Program-made: the position numbers and the translations under genes
Assembly: GCF_016127575.1 (NCBI RefSeq)
Contig: NZ_CP066019.1
Coordinates: 360,001 to 392,000, forward strand
DNA from: Cupriavidus necator
GTDB lineage: Bacteria > Pseudomonadota > Gammaproteobacteria > Burkholderiales > Burkholderiaceae
DNA length: 32,000 bases
Direction of reading: 5' to 3'
The notes under the pieces: generated by a model
Told to the model about the DNA's origin: nothing
The model's input: only the letters and a program-made list of their open reading frames with translations
The model's database searches: none
In this document: in pieces, positions 8,125-16,122 of the stretch
Layout: every line of letters starts with the position of its first letter
Position numbering within the stretch: the stretch's first letter is position 1

Positions 8125-9303
8125 TCAGCGCCGCTGGCATTTCTCCGACACGGCGCGCGCAGCGTCGATGCGGCCGGGCGGCAGCCAGCCCGCCAGGACC
8201 TCGGCAATCCCGGCGGCGTCCGGCGCGCGCGGCGCCGCGGGCGGCACCGAAGGCGTGCGGCTGAAGCGCGGCGCGGGCGCCGGATGCATGATGCCGTCCA
8301 CCTCGACGAAGGTGCCGCGCGCGCGCAGGTGCGGGTGGTGCGGCGCCTCGTGGTAGTTCAGCACGGGGGCGAAGCAGGCGTCGGTGCCATCGAGCAGGGC
8401 GCACCATTCGTCGCGCGTGCGGGTGCGGAAGACTTCGGCCAGTGCCGCGCTTCCGGCTTCCCAGTTGGCGGGGTCGTTCTGGTCACCAAGGCTCGCAGGG
8501 TCCACGCCAATCCGGCTGAGCAGGTCTCGGTAGAAGCGCGCCTCGACAGGGCCGACCGAGATCCAGCCGCCGTCCTTGCACGCGTAGACGTTGTAGAAGT
8601 GCGCGCCGGAATCGAGCACGTTCGTGCCGCGCTCCGGGCGCCACTGGCCGGCGGCGGCGAGGCCGAAGAACACCGCGCCCAGCGCGGCGGCGCCATCGAC
8701 GATGGCGGCATCCACCACCTGTCCCTTGCCGGACTTGCCCGCCTCGATCAGCGCGGCCAGCACGCCGGCGACGAGGAACATGCCGCCGCCGGCGAAGTCG
8801 CCAAGGTAAGCCGGGGGGATGGCCGGCGGGCCGCCGCGCTGGCCGATGGCATTGAGCGCGCCGGTCAGCGCGATGTAGTTGACGTCATGCCCCGCCGCGT
8901 TGGCCAGCGGACCGCTCTGGCCCCAGCCCGTGACACGGCCGTACACGAGCCGCGGATTGCGCCCCATGCACGCGTCCGGGCCGAGGCCCATGCGCTCGGT
9001 GACGCCGGGGCGAAAGCCTTCGATCAGGGCGTCGGCCTTCTCCACCAGTTCCAGCACGGTCGCCACGGCCTCGGGATCCTTCAGGTCGAGCACGAGGGAC
9101 TTGCGATTGCGCAGCATGAGGTCGTACCGGCGCTCGCGCTTCACGCCGAGATCGACCTCGCCCGGACGCTCGATGCGCAGCACCTCCGCGCCCATGTCGG
9201 CGAGCATCATGCCGGCCAGCGGGCCGGGGCCGATGCCGGCCAGTTCGATGATCCGGATGCCCGCGAGCGGGCCCTTCCTGGTTTCCTGGTCTGATGCGTG
9301 CAT
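8125..9303 (-). CDS. CaiB/BaiF family III CoA-transferase-fold protein, alpha-methylacyl-CoA racemase (AMACR/Mcr)-like
   Basis: 392 aa. GIRIIELAGIGPGP, RPGVTERMGLGP, GWGQSGP, AGHDVNYIALTGAL, LGDFAGGGM, GKGQVVDAAIVDG and GPVEARFY match, from memory, the motifs of human AMACR and M. tuberculosis MCR. These include the GHD(I/V)NY and GDF(G/A)GG motifs that hold the His/Asp catalytic pair. Confidence 0.85.
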   Translation of the reverse strand: MHASDQETRKGPLAGIRIIELAGIGPGPLAGMMLADMGAEVLRIERPGEVDLGVKRERRYDLMLRNRKSLVLDLKDPEAVATVLELVEKADALIEGFRPGVTERMGLGPDACMGRNPRLVYGRVTGWGQSGPLANAAGHDVNYIALTGALNAIGQRGGPPAIPPAYLGDFAGGGMFLVAGVLAALIEAGKSGKGQVVDAAIVDGAAALGAVFFGLAAAGQWRPERGTNVLDSGAHFYNVYACKDGGWISVGPVEARFYRDLLSRIGVDPASLGDQNDPANWEAGSAALAEVFRTRTRDEWCALLDGTDACFAPVLNYHEAPHHPHLRARGTFVEVDGIMHPAPAPRFSRTPSVPPAAPRAPDAAGIAEVLAGWLPPGRIDAARAVSEKCQRR

Positions 9304-9312
9304 GTTTTTGCT

Positions 9313-10326
9313 CTACTCCACGGGGATGCCGGCAGTCTTTACGATGTCGCGCGTGCGTTGTATCTCGGCGAGCTGGAAGTCGCGCAGGCGGGTGGTGCTG
9401 CCGGTGTACACGGTGCCGCCCAGGCTCTCGACGAATTTCACGCCGGCGGGCGCCTGCAGGGCCGCGCGCACGGCGTCCGACAGGCTCTTGATGATCGGCG
9501 CGGGCACGTTGGCGGGCGCGAAGACCCCGGTCCACGCCGAAACGTCGAAGCCCGGCGCGCCGCTTTCGGCCACGGTGGGCACCTCCGGGAGTTCCTTGAG
9601 CCGATGGGTGTCGGTGACCGCAAGCGCGCGCAGGCGGCCGGCCCGGACCAGCGGCATGACCGCGCTGATCTCGGCCATGGAGTAGTCCACCTGTCCGACG
9701 GCGACGTCGGTCATGGCCGGGGCGGTGCCCTTGTAGGCGATCGGGGCGGCGTGGATACCGAAGCGCTCGTTGAGCAGTTCGACGAACACCTGGTAGCCGG
9801 GGCTGCCGGCGGCGTAGTTGAGCTTGCGGGGCGCCTTGCGCGCGCCGTCGACCAGCTCCGCGAGCGTCCGGAACGGGGAGCCGGTCGGCACCACGACGAC
9901 GAGCGCGAAGCGCGCGATGCGTTCCACCGGCGCGAAGTCCTTGACGGGGTCATACGGCAGGTTCCTGAACACGGCGACGTTGGTCACCATGGTCGAGTTG
10001 CTGCCGACAAACAGCGTATAGCCGTCGGGCGCAGCCTCGGCCGCGGCGCGTGCGCCGATGAAGCCGTTGGCGCCTGGGCGGTTCTCCACCACGAACGGCT
10101 GGTGGAACTTCGCCGAGAGTGCCTGGGCGACAAAGCGCGCGGTCGTGTCCGTGCCGCTGCCGGGCGGCAGCGAGACAATGATCTTGACCGGGCGGTTCGG
10201 GTAAGCCGCCTGCGCCAGGGCCGGTTGCATCCACGCGGACGCCGCGGCCACCGCGCACGCCGCCACACATGTCGCCATGAGGCGCCAGCGCCGCCAATAC
10301 GGCAATCGGGGTAGATGAAAGGCCAT
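9313..10326 (-). CDS. Bug family tripartite tricarboxylate transporter substrate-binding protein (TctC-like)
   Basis: Lies in ORF 9313..10377. ATG at 10326 is preceded by AGGAGA. A signal peptide ends at ALAQA, followed by AYPNRPVKIIV. Bug hallmarks follow: ENRPGANG, YKG.AP...D...G.VD. Confidence 0.9.
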   Translation of the reverse strand: MAFHLPRLPYWRRWRLMATCVAACAVAAASAWMQPALAQAAYPNRPVKIIVSLPPGSGTDTTARFVAQALSAKFHQPFVVENRPGANGFIGARAAAEAAPDGYTLFVGSNSTMVTNVAVFRNLPYDPVKDFAPVERIARFALVVVVPTGSPFRTLAELVDGARKAPRKLNYAAGSPGYQVFVELLNERFGIHAAPIAYKGTAPAMTDVAVGQVDYSMAEISAVMPLVRAGRLRALAVTDTHRLKELPEVPTVAESGAPGFDVSAWTGVFAPANVPAPIIKSLSDAVRAALQAPAGVKFVESLGGTVYTGSTTRLRDFQLAEIQRTRDIVKTAGIPVE

Positions 10327-10711
10327 GTCGTCTCCTTGGTTCCCTGGTCTGGTCGTGATCCTGCAAGGGGACGGCACGCCGTCCTTTGAGGGAGTCCGAC
10401 AGATGCTAAGAAGCTGGCGCAGTTGTGAAAAATACTTTCGGTATGTCGATCAATACATGGGATGTATCGGCGCGTGCCGGCCACGGCAAGGCAGAGGGAC
10501 CCGCAATGCCTGATCCAGGTGGCGGATCGTTCCCTGCGCCACGAACTTTGATTAGGGTTTTCCTACGATATATGGCGAAACACTACGAAAACACGTAGTA
10601 TTGGATCGTCGGTATCTGGAAGGTGTCCACGACATCTCGTAGGAATCAGCCGGCACAGGGAGTCTTTGGATCCGGCAAGAGACCGGTGCGATACACAGGA
10701 GATAGTTGGAC
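10327..10711. promoter_or_regulatory. divergent promoter region between two Bug genes
   Basis: A 385-bp, relatively AT-rich gap between divergent starts. It contains the inverted repeats GGACGGC-ac-GCCGTCC (10369-10384) and ACTACG-aaaaca-CGTAGT (10582-10599). I could not recognise a definite sigma-factor consensus. Confidence 0.35.
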
Positions 10712-11758
10712 ATGCTGTCACGAATCCGGAGCCGGCGCCCCCGGTTCCCCGGCCTCGCCCGCCTTCCCAGGCGCTTCGGAACAACCCTGGCGGCGGCCGC
10801 CGCAGTCGTGTGCGGCCTCGCCGCCGCGACGAGCGCATCGCCCGCGCGTGCGCAGGACGGGTATCCCGCCAAGCCGGTCACGATAGTGGTGCCCGCGCCG
10901 CCCGGCGGCATCACCGACCAGCTTGCCCGGCTCGTCGCCTCGCATATGGCCAGGGACTTCGGGATCCAGGTCGTGGTCGACAACCGGGGCGGCGCCGGCG
11001 GCAACATTGCCGCGGAAATCGGCGCGCGTGCGCAGCCTGACGGCTACACCGTCCTGATGGGCACGCAGGGCATGTTTGCCGGCAACCAGTTCCTCTACAA
11101 GGCGCTGCGCTTCGATCCGGAGAAGGACTTTATCGCGGCACAAGGCCTGGTCACCATTCCCAACATCCTGGTGGTGAACAGCCGGTTGCCGTTCCGCTCG
11201 GTCGCGGACCTGGTCACGTACGCCAGGGCCAATCCCGGCAAGCTGACCGTGGCGTCCGTGGGCAACGGCACGGGGACGCACCTGGCCGCCGAACTCTTCC
11301 AGGCCCAGGCGGGAGTGAAGTTCGTCCACATCCCCTACAAGGGCAGCGCGCCTGTCATCAATGACCTGCTGGCGGGACAGGTCGACATGACCTTCGACTA
11401 CCCCGTTTCGACGCTGCCGCAGATCCAGGCGGGCAAGCTGCGCGCGCTCGCGGTCACGAGCAAGGCACGCCTGCCCGCGCTGGCGCAGGTGCCGACCGTG
11501 GCCGAGGCCGGCTATCCCGGGGCGGAAGCCACGTCGTGGATCGGCCTGTTCTTCCCGGCCCGCACCAGTCCGGCCATCGTGGCCAGGTGGCAGGCCGATA
11601 TCGGCCGCCTGCTGGCCGATCCGGCGGTGACCGCCGAGATCCAGCGGATGGGCGCCGCGCCGCTGCCGCTTGGCGGCGAACGTTTCCGCGCCTTCGTGGC
11701 ATCCGAACGCGGGAAGTGGAAGGCCATCATCCAGCGCTCCGGCGCCAGCATTGACTGA
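10712..11758 (+). CDS. Bug family tripartite tricarboxylate transporter substrate-binding protein (TctC-like)
   Basis: Lies in ORF 10706..11758. ATG at 10712 sits 9 nt after AGGAGA (10697-10702); TTG at 10706 is an alternative start. An Arg-rich signal peptide ends at ARAQ, followed by DGYPAKPVTIVVP, DNRGGAGG and YKGSAPVINDLLAGQVD. Confidence 0.9.
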   Translation: MLSRIRSRRPRFPGLARLPRRFGTTLAAAAAVVCGLAAATSASPARAQDGYPAKPVTIVVPAPPGGITDQLARLVASHMARDFGIQVVVDNRGGAGGNIAAEIGARAQPDGYTVLMGTQGMFAGNQFLYKALRFDPEKDFIAAQGLVTIPNILVVNSRLPFRSVADLVTYARANPGKLTVASVGNGTGTHLAAELFQAQAGVKFVHIPYKGSAPVINDLLAGQVDMTFDYPVSTLPQIQAGKLRALAVTSKARLPALAQVPTVAEAGYPGAEATSWIGLFFPARTSPAIVARWQADIGRLLADPAVTAEIQRMGAAPLPLGGERFRAFVASERGKWKAIIQRSGASID

Positions 11759-11838
11759 GCCCGGCTCCCCGACACCCAGGCAGTCCCAGGCCGCCCTGCA
11801 TGGCGCGGCGCGAGGCTGCCCCATCGGCAGAGGCGCAT

Positions 11839-14800
11839 ATGCGTGTAGCACACCAGATCATCCTGACCGACCAGGATCGCTCCCAGCTCGAAACACTTGC
11901 CACCGCGCCGGAGACCCCGGCCAAGGTGGCGCAGCGCGCCCGCATCATCCTGCTGGCGGCGCAAGGCGAGCAGAACAAGATGATTGCGCCCCGCCTCGGC
12001 ATCGGGCGCGCACAGGTCGCGCGCTGGCGCGAGCGCTATGCCCACGCGGGGCTCGGCGGCATCCTGCATGACCTGCCGCGCGGCGCTCCGCCCGTCAGGG
12101 TGGACCTGACGAGGCTGGCGAGGCTGACTGGCGCAGACGGCCCCGACGCGACGCGCGGCTGGAGCATGCGCGGCGTGGCGGCGGAACTGGGCGTCAGCGC
12201 CGCAAGCGTCTCGCGTCACTGGCGCGCGGCGGGACTCGCTTCCGGGCTTGGCGGCCTTGGCGGACTTGGCGGGTTGAATGGGATCAACGGCCGTGCATCC
12301 GGCCCGGCGCCGTTCCATTTCACCGGGCGGGCTGTCGAAATCGTTGCCCTCTACGCAGCCGGGCCCGAGCATGCACTGGTGCTGGCGTTCGACGAGCCTG
12401 CGCATCCGCTGGCCGCCCCTGGCACGTCGGGGGCGGGGGGCCAGAACCTGCGCTCGCTGCCGGCGCACCAGCGCAGCCTTGCCGCATCGCTGCTGACGGC
12501 GCTGCGGATGCTCGATGGCGGGCTTGGCGACGCAAGCGCCGGCGCCCAGCACGAAAGCTGGCTGGGCTTCCTGCGCGACGTGGAGGCGGCCACGCCCGCG
12601 GACCGGCACATCTGGGTCCTGTCGGACAACTACGCCAGCCACCAGCATGCGGACGTCCAGCACTGGGTCCGGCGCCATCCGCGCGTGATGGTGCAACTGG
12701 CACCCAACGGCGCCGCCTGGCTGCGCATGGTGCAGCGGTTCCTGTGCGATGCGCAGACCGTGCGCCGGTCGAGTTTTCCGGCCGCCATTCCGGAGGCGCT
12801 GGCCGCCATCGAAGCGGCTGCGCGGTCGCGCGGCGCGACGCCGTATCGCTGGATCCGCCAGACCGTGCCGCACGGTCCGGCCAACGGCCAATCGCGGGAT
12901 ATGCCGGATATGCCGGATGCGCCGGACGTTCCGCTGGAGCCGCAAGCCGCGAGCCCGCTGTTGCTGCCTGGCCATGCCGTGGCCGAGGGCGAACGTCCCA
13001 TCCAGGCGATCACCAGCACCAAGGTGCTGCCGCCGCGCGGCGCCCGGCAACTGATGCCGCGCGAAGCGCTGATGGGCCGCCTGCTCGACGCCCGCCGCCA
13101 CCGCTGCGTGATGATCCACGGCCAGGCGGGAAGCGGCAAGACCAGCACGCTGATGGCGTGGCGCAAGGCCATGATCTCGCTGGGCTACGACGTCTGCTGG
13201 CTGTCGCTGGCGGCCGAGGACAACGAGCCGGCGCGCTTCCTCGACTATCTGCTTGCCAGCATTGCGGAGGCCGATCCCGCCGCCGCGCGCGAAGCCTCGC
13301 AAGTCGTGGCCGCCGGACACGACGAGGCCGAGATCGAACTGTGGGCGATCACGCTGGTGCAGGGCCTGGCCCGGCGCCAGCGCGAACTGGTGCTGATGAT
13401 CGACGACCTGCACCATGTTTCCGACCCCGCTATCCTGCTGGCGCTGCAGTGGCTGCTGGAGTACGCCCCGCCGCAACTGCACGTGGCGCTGGCCTCGCGC
13501 ACGGCGCTGGACCTGTCGATGGAGCGCCTGCGTCTGCAGAACCAGCTCGCGGAATTCGACATGCGCGACCTGCGCTTCTCGCCCGAGGAATCCGCGCGCT
13601 ACCTGCGCGACCAGCTCGGCAACATTCCGGGCAGCGACGCCGCGGCGCTGCATGAACTGACGGACGGATGGGTGGCCGGGCTGCAACTGTTTGCCATCGG
13701 CCTGCGCACCCGGCAGGCCGGCAGCTACCCGGTGACGCAGGTGCGCGACGCCCGGGCGTTCGCCAGCTTCTTCGAGCGCGAAGTGCTGGTCCGGCTCGCG
13801 CCCGACGATCTCGACATGCTGACCCGGGTGGCCATCTGCCAGCGCTTCTGCGTGCCGCTGTGCGCGGAAATCCTCGGGCAGCCCGACGCTGTGGCGGGCA
13901 TCAAGGCGCGCGTGACGCGGATGGTGGCCGACCATCTGTTCATCACCGTGGTCGGCAGCCACGACAACGAAACCTGGTACCGCATCCACCCGCTGCTGCG
14001 CGAAACGCTGCTCGGCTACCTGGCGGCCCGCGACGAAGCGGAGATACGCGCGCTGCACGCCACGGCCTGGCGCTGGTTCGACGCCCGCGGCCACCTCGAC
14101 GAGGCTGTGCTGCACGCCGTGAGCGCGGGCGAGCCGGACGCCGCCGCGAAGCTGGTCGAAGGGCGCGCGCAGGCGCTGCTCGTCGGCGGCGAACTGAGCC
14201 AGGTGGCGGGCCTGCTGCGCATGCTGCCGCAAGAGCAGGTCAGGCGCAGCTTCCGCCTGCACGTGGCCCACGCCTACATGCTGCTCTACGCGCGCGATTT
14301 CGACAGCCTGCGCCGCAGCCTCGACGAGATGGACGCGCAGCGCGCCAGCGTTGGTACGGTCGGGTGCTATACCGTGTCGCTGCTGCGCGCGGGCATGGCG
14401 CTGCAACTCGACGATATCGACACCGCGGCGGCGCTGCTGCCGGAAATCTGGAACCCGCCGCCGGAGGCCGGCGATTTCACATGGCTTGCCCGCGCCAACG
14501 CGCTGTCCTGGCTGCTGATCCAGCGCGGCGAGCACGATCTGGCGCGCGGGATTCTGGAAGAGGCCGACCTGCGCAGCCGCTCGCCGCGCAGCCGCCAGTT
14601 CGGCCGCTGCGTGCACGCGCTGAGCCTGGTGCGGGAAGGGAAGATCCGCCAGGCCTGCAAGATTGTGCGGGAGGTGCTGGCGGAAGCCGAGGGGTATGGC
14701 GCGGGCTACGTGGCGATGGCGAGCATGGCCGCCGGGCTGCTGGCCGATGCGCTGTACGAGCTGAACGAAACCGAGGCGGCCTGCCAGCTTCTGGAGCCGC

Positions 14801-15711
14801 GCATCGGCATGGTGGAGCGCACTTCGTTGCCGGAGGTGGTGCTGCGGGCCAGCCTGGTGCTGTCGAATTCGCACTGGATCGCCGGGCGGCGCCAGCAGGC
14901 ACTGGCCTGTCTGGACCGGCTGGAGGCCTATGCGGTGCGCTATGGCCTGGACCGGCTGCTGGCCGAGGCGCTGGTGCAGCGGTTGCGCCGGCATCTCCAG
15001 CAGGGCGCGATGGAGCGGGCCAATATCGTCCTCGAATGCGTGCGGGGGCTTGCGCAACGCCATGCCGCTTCGGGTTCGGATTCGGGCCCCGAGCGGGCCC
15101 GCGCGCTCGCCCACGCGGCCGAGCGCGCGGCGATCGACATGGCCCTGCACACCCGCGATTTTGCCGGGGCGCTGGAGCGCATCCAGCCCTTGCTCGATGC
15201 CACCGCGCAGGGACCCGCCACGGCCAGCCTGCGCATGCAGCTTGCCGTGGCGCGGCAGGGGCTGGGGGAGGGGGCGGCGGCTCGGCAGGACTTCGTGACG
15301 GCCTGCCGGCTGGGCCACGGGCTGGGTTTGTCGCGCACGCTGCTGGACGCGCTGGAGGTCATGTCGGACGCCTCCGACGCTCTTATCCGCGAGCCGCTGC
15401 CGGACCCTGTGCTCGGCTTCTACGTGCAGCGCCTGCTGGCGGCGCATCGCACGGCGGCCAGCGAGCGCGGCGCCGCCGATGCCGGGCCGCAGAGCGGCCC
15501 CATCGCCCTGCTGAGCGAGCGCGAGCGCGAAATCCTGTACCTGCTGGCGCAGGCGATGTCCAACAAGAAGATCGCGAGAGTCCTGAATGTCTCCGCCGAG
15601 ACGGTCAAATGGCATCTCAAGAACATCTACGCCAAGCTGGGTGTCGGCGGCCGCGGCGGCGCCGCCGCGCTGCTGCGCGACGTGATGGGGCCGGGCGTGG
15701 TGCCGGCCTGA
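11839..15711 (+). CDS. LuxR-family large ATP-binding (MalT/LAL-type STAND) transcriptional regulator with an N-terminal IS630-type transposase-derived domain
   Basis: Single ORF 11800..15711. ATG at 11839 follows AGAGG; ATG at 11800 is an alternative start.
- nt 11839-12861 align along their full length to IS630-family transposases: HTH (RARIILLAAQGEQNKMIAPRLGIGRAQVARWRERY), FDE (D at 12391), SDNYASH (D at 12625), WLRMVQRF (Q at 12733 where the catalytic E is expected) and the tail PYRWIRQ.
- Walker A GQAGSGKTS lies at 13120-13146 and Walker B LVLMIDDLH follows.
- A long helical/TPR-like region comes next.
- A GerE/LuxR HTH (LSEREREILYLLAQAMSNKKIARVLNVSAETVKWHLKNIYAKLGV) lies at 15511-15645. 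Confidence 0.8.
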   Translation: MRVAHQIILTDQDRSQLETLATAPETPAKVAQRARIILLAAQGEQNKMIAPRLGIGRAQVARWRERYAHAGLGGILHDLPRGAPPVRVDLTRLARLTGADGPDATRGWSMRGVAAELGVSAASVSRHWRAAGLASGLGGLGGLGGLNGINGRASGPAPFHFTGRAVEIVALYAAGPEHALVLAFDEPAHPLAAPGTSGAGGQNLRSLPAHQRSLAASLLTALRMLDGGLGDASAGAQHESWLGFLRDVEAATPADRHIWVLSDNYASHQHADVQHWVRRHPRVMVQLAPNGAAWLRMVQRFLCDAQTVRRSSFPAAIPEALAAIEAAARSRGATPYRWIRQTVPHGPANGQSRDMPDMPDAPDVPLEPQAASPLLLPGHAVAEGERPIQAITSTKVLPPRGARQLMPREALMGRLLDARRHRCVMIHGQAGSGKTSTLMAWRKAMISLGYDVCWLSLAAEDNEPARFLDYLLASIAEADPAAAREASQVVAAGHDEAEIELWAITLVQGLARRQRELVLMIDDLHHVSDPAILLALQWLLEYAPPQLHVALASRTALDLSMERLRLQNQLAEFDMRDLRFSPEESARYLRDQLGNIPGSDAAALHELTDGWVAGLQLFAIGLRTRQAGSYPVTQVRDARAFASFFEREVLVRLAPDDLDMLTRVAICQRFCVPLCAEILGQPDAVAGIKARVTRMVADHLFITVVGSHDNETWYRIHPLLRETLLGYLAARDEAEIRALHATAWRWFDARGHLDEAVLHAVSAGEPDAAAKLVEGRAQALLVGGELSQVAGLLRMLPQEQVRRSFRLHVAHAYMLLYARDFDSLRRSLDEMDAQRASVGTVGCYTVSLLRAGMALQLDDIDTAAALLPEIWNPPPEAGDFTWLARANALSWLLIQRGEHDLARGILEEADLRSRSPRSRQFGRCVHALSLVREGKIRQACKIVREVLAEAEGYGAGYVAMASMAAGLLADALYELNETEAACQLLEPRIGMVERTSLPEVVLRASLVLSNSHWIAGRRQQALACLDRLEAYAVRYGLDRLLAEALVQRLRRHLQQGAMERANIVLECVRGLAQRHAASGSDSGPERARALAHAAERAAIDMALHTRDFAGALERIQPLLDATAQGPATASLRMQLAVARQGLGEGAAARQDFVTACRLGHGLGLSRTLLDALEVMSDASDALIREPLPDPVLGFYVQRLLAAHRTAASERGAADAGPQSGPIALLSEREREILYLLAQAMSNKKIARVLNVSAETVKWHLKNIYAKLGVGGRGGAAALLRDVMGPGVVPA
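12245..12275 (+). repeat. in-frame 9-bp tandem repeat (GLG)n inside the regulator gene
   Basis: ggcttggcg / gccttggcg / gacttggcg plus a partial fourth unit, encoding GLGGLGGLGGL. It lies at the junction of the transposase HTH and catalytic-core regions. Confidence 0.8.
12898..12933 (+). repeat. in-frame 9-bp tandem repeat (D-x-P)4 linker inside the regulator gene
   Basis: gatatgccg / gatatgccg / gatgcgccg / gacgttccg, encoding DMPDMPDAPDVP. It sits exactly between the transposase-derived domain and the STAND module. Confidence 0.8.
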
Positions 15712-15758
15712 TCCTGCCGCCTTCCTGCCGCTGTCCACGCACGCCCGCGTCATGCGGG

Positions 15759-15890
15759 TAATGCCGTTCAGTTTCAGCTGGTCCACCGTCGTCCCCGCGA
15801 AAGCGGGGACCCAGTGGCTTTGAAAGACGCTGGGTTCCCGCTTTCGCGGGAATGACGGTAAGACCAGGAATGCTCAACTGAACGGCATTA
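15759..15890 (+). mobile_element. MITE-like nested-palindrome element (REP/dRS3-like core) with terminal inverted repeats and target duplication
   Basis: Perfect 15-bp TIRs: TAATGCCGTTCAGTT (15759-15773) and AACTGAACGGCATTA (15876-15890). A 12-nt direct repeat GCGTCATGCGGG flanks them (15747-15758 and 15892-15903). The core (15787-15857) is a near-perfect palindrome of two hairpin units, GTCCCC-GCGAAAGC-GGGGAC and GTTCCC-GCTTTCGC-GGGAAT. The element is intergenic. Confidence 0.75.
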
Positions 15891-16122
15891 AGCGTCATGC
15901 GGGCGTGTTGTTGCGGGCGCATTGCGGATTGCCGGAGTGCTCCGCTAGCGCGCCTCATGCGGCGGGTGGTGGTGGCGCGCGGACCTTACGCATGCTTATC
16001 CGCGCGCCATAAGCTCCGCTCCTCCCCATGCCACCCGAGTCGGGGAGTACCTGCCCCGGGCCCGCCGGCCAATCATGGACACACACCTTTCGTTCAACCC
16101 GATTTACTGGAGTGTCCAAGAC

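Noticed and set aside
6829-9294. 821-aa plus-strand ORF overlapping the dehydrogenase, crotonase and racemase-like genes
   Set aside because: This is a shadow ORF spanning three well-supported minus-strand genes and their intergenic gaps. Its composition is low in complexity.
11839-12861. Active IS630-family insertion sequence
   Set aside because: I found no terminal inverted repeats or TA duplication. The third catalytic residue is Gln, and the core between the two Asp residues is truncated and degenerate. The frame continues without a stop into the STAND module. I therefore treat it as a domesticated domain, or at most a relic, and not as a mobile element.
12861-15711. STAND ATPase as an Avs/antiphage-type defence protein
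   Set aside because: The C-terminus is a GerE/LuxR DNA-binding HTH, and the N-terminal TKVLPP..R..L plus Walker A layout matches MalT/LAL transcription activators. No nuclease or other effector domain is visible, and the gene is embedded in catabolic operons.
13668-15761. 697-aa ORF in an alternative + frame inside the regulator gene
   Set aside because: The sequence is extremely Arg/Ala/Gly/Pro-rich and has no motifs. It overlaps a frame with strong homology signals.
11512-15786. 1424-aa ORF on the minus strand, antisense to the regulator gene
   Set aside because: Its composition is Arg/Ala/Gly/Pro/Gln-rich and low in complexity, with no recognisable domains. It mirrors the + strand gene, which has clear transposase, Walker A/B and LuxR HTH motifs. 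This is a typical stop-poor shadow frame in high-GC DNA.
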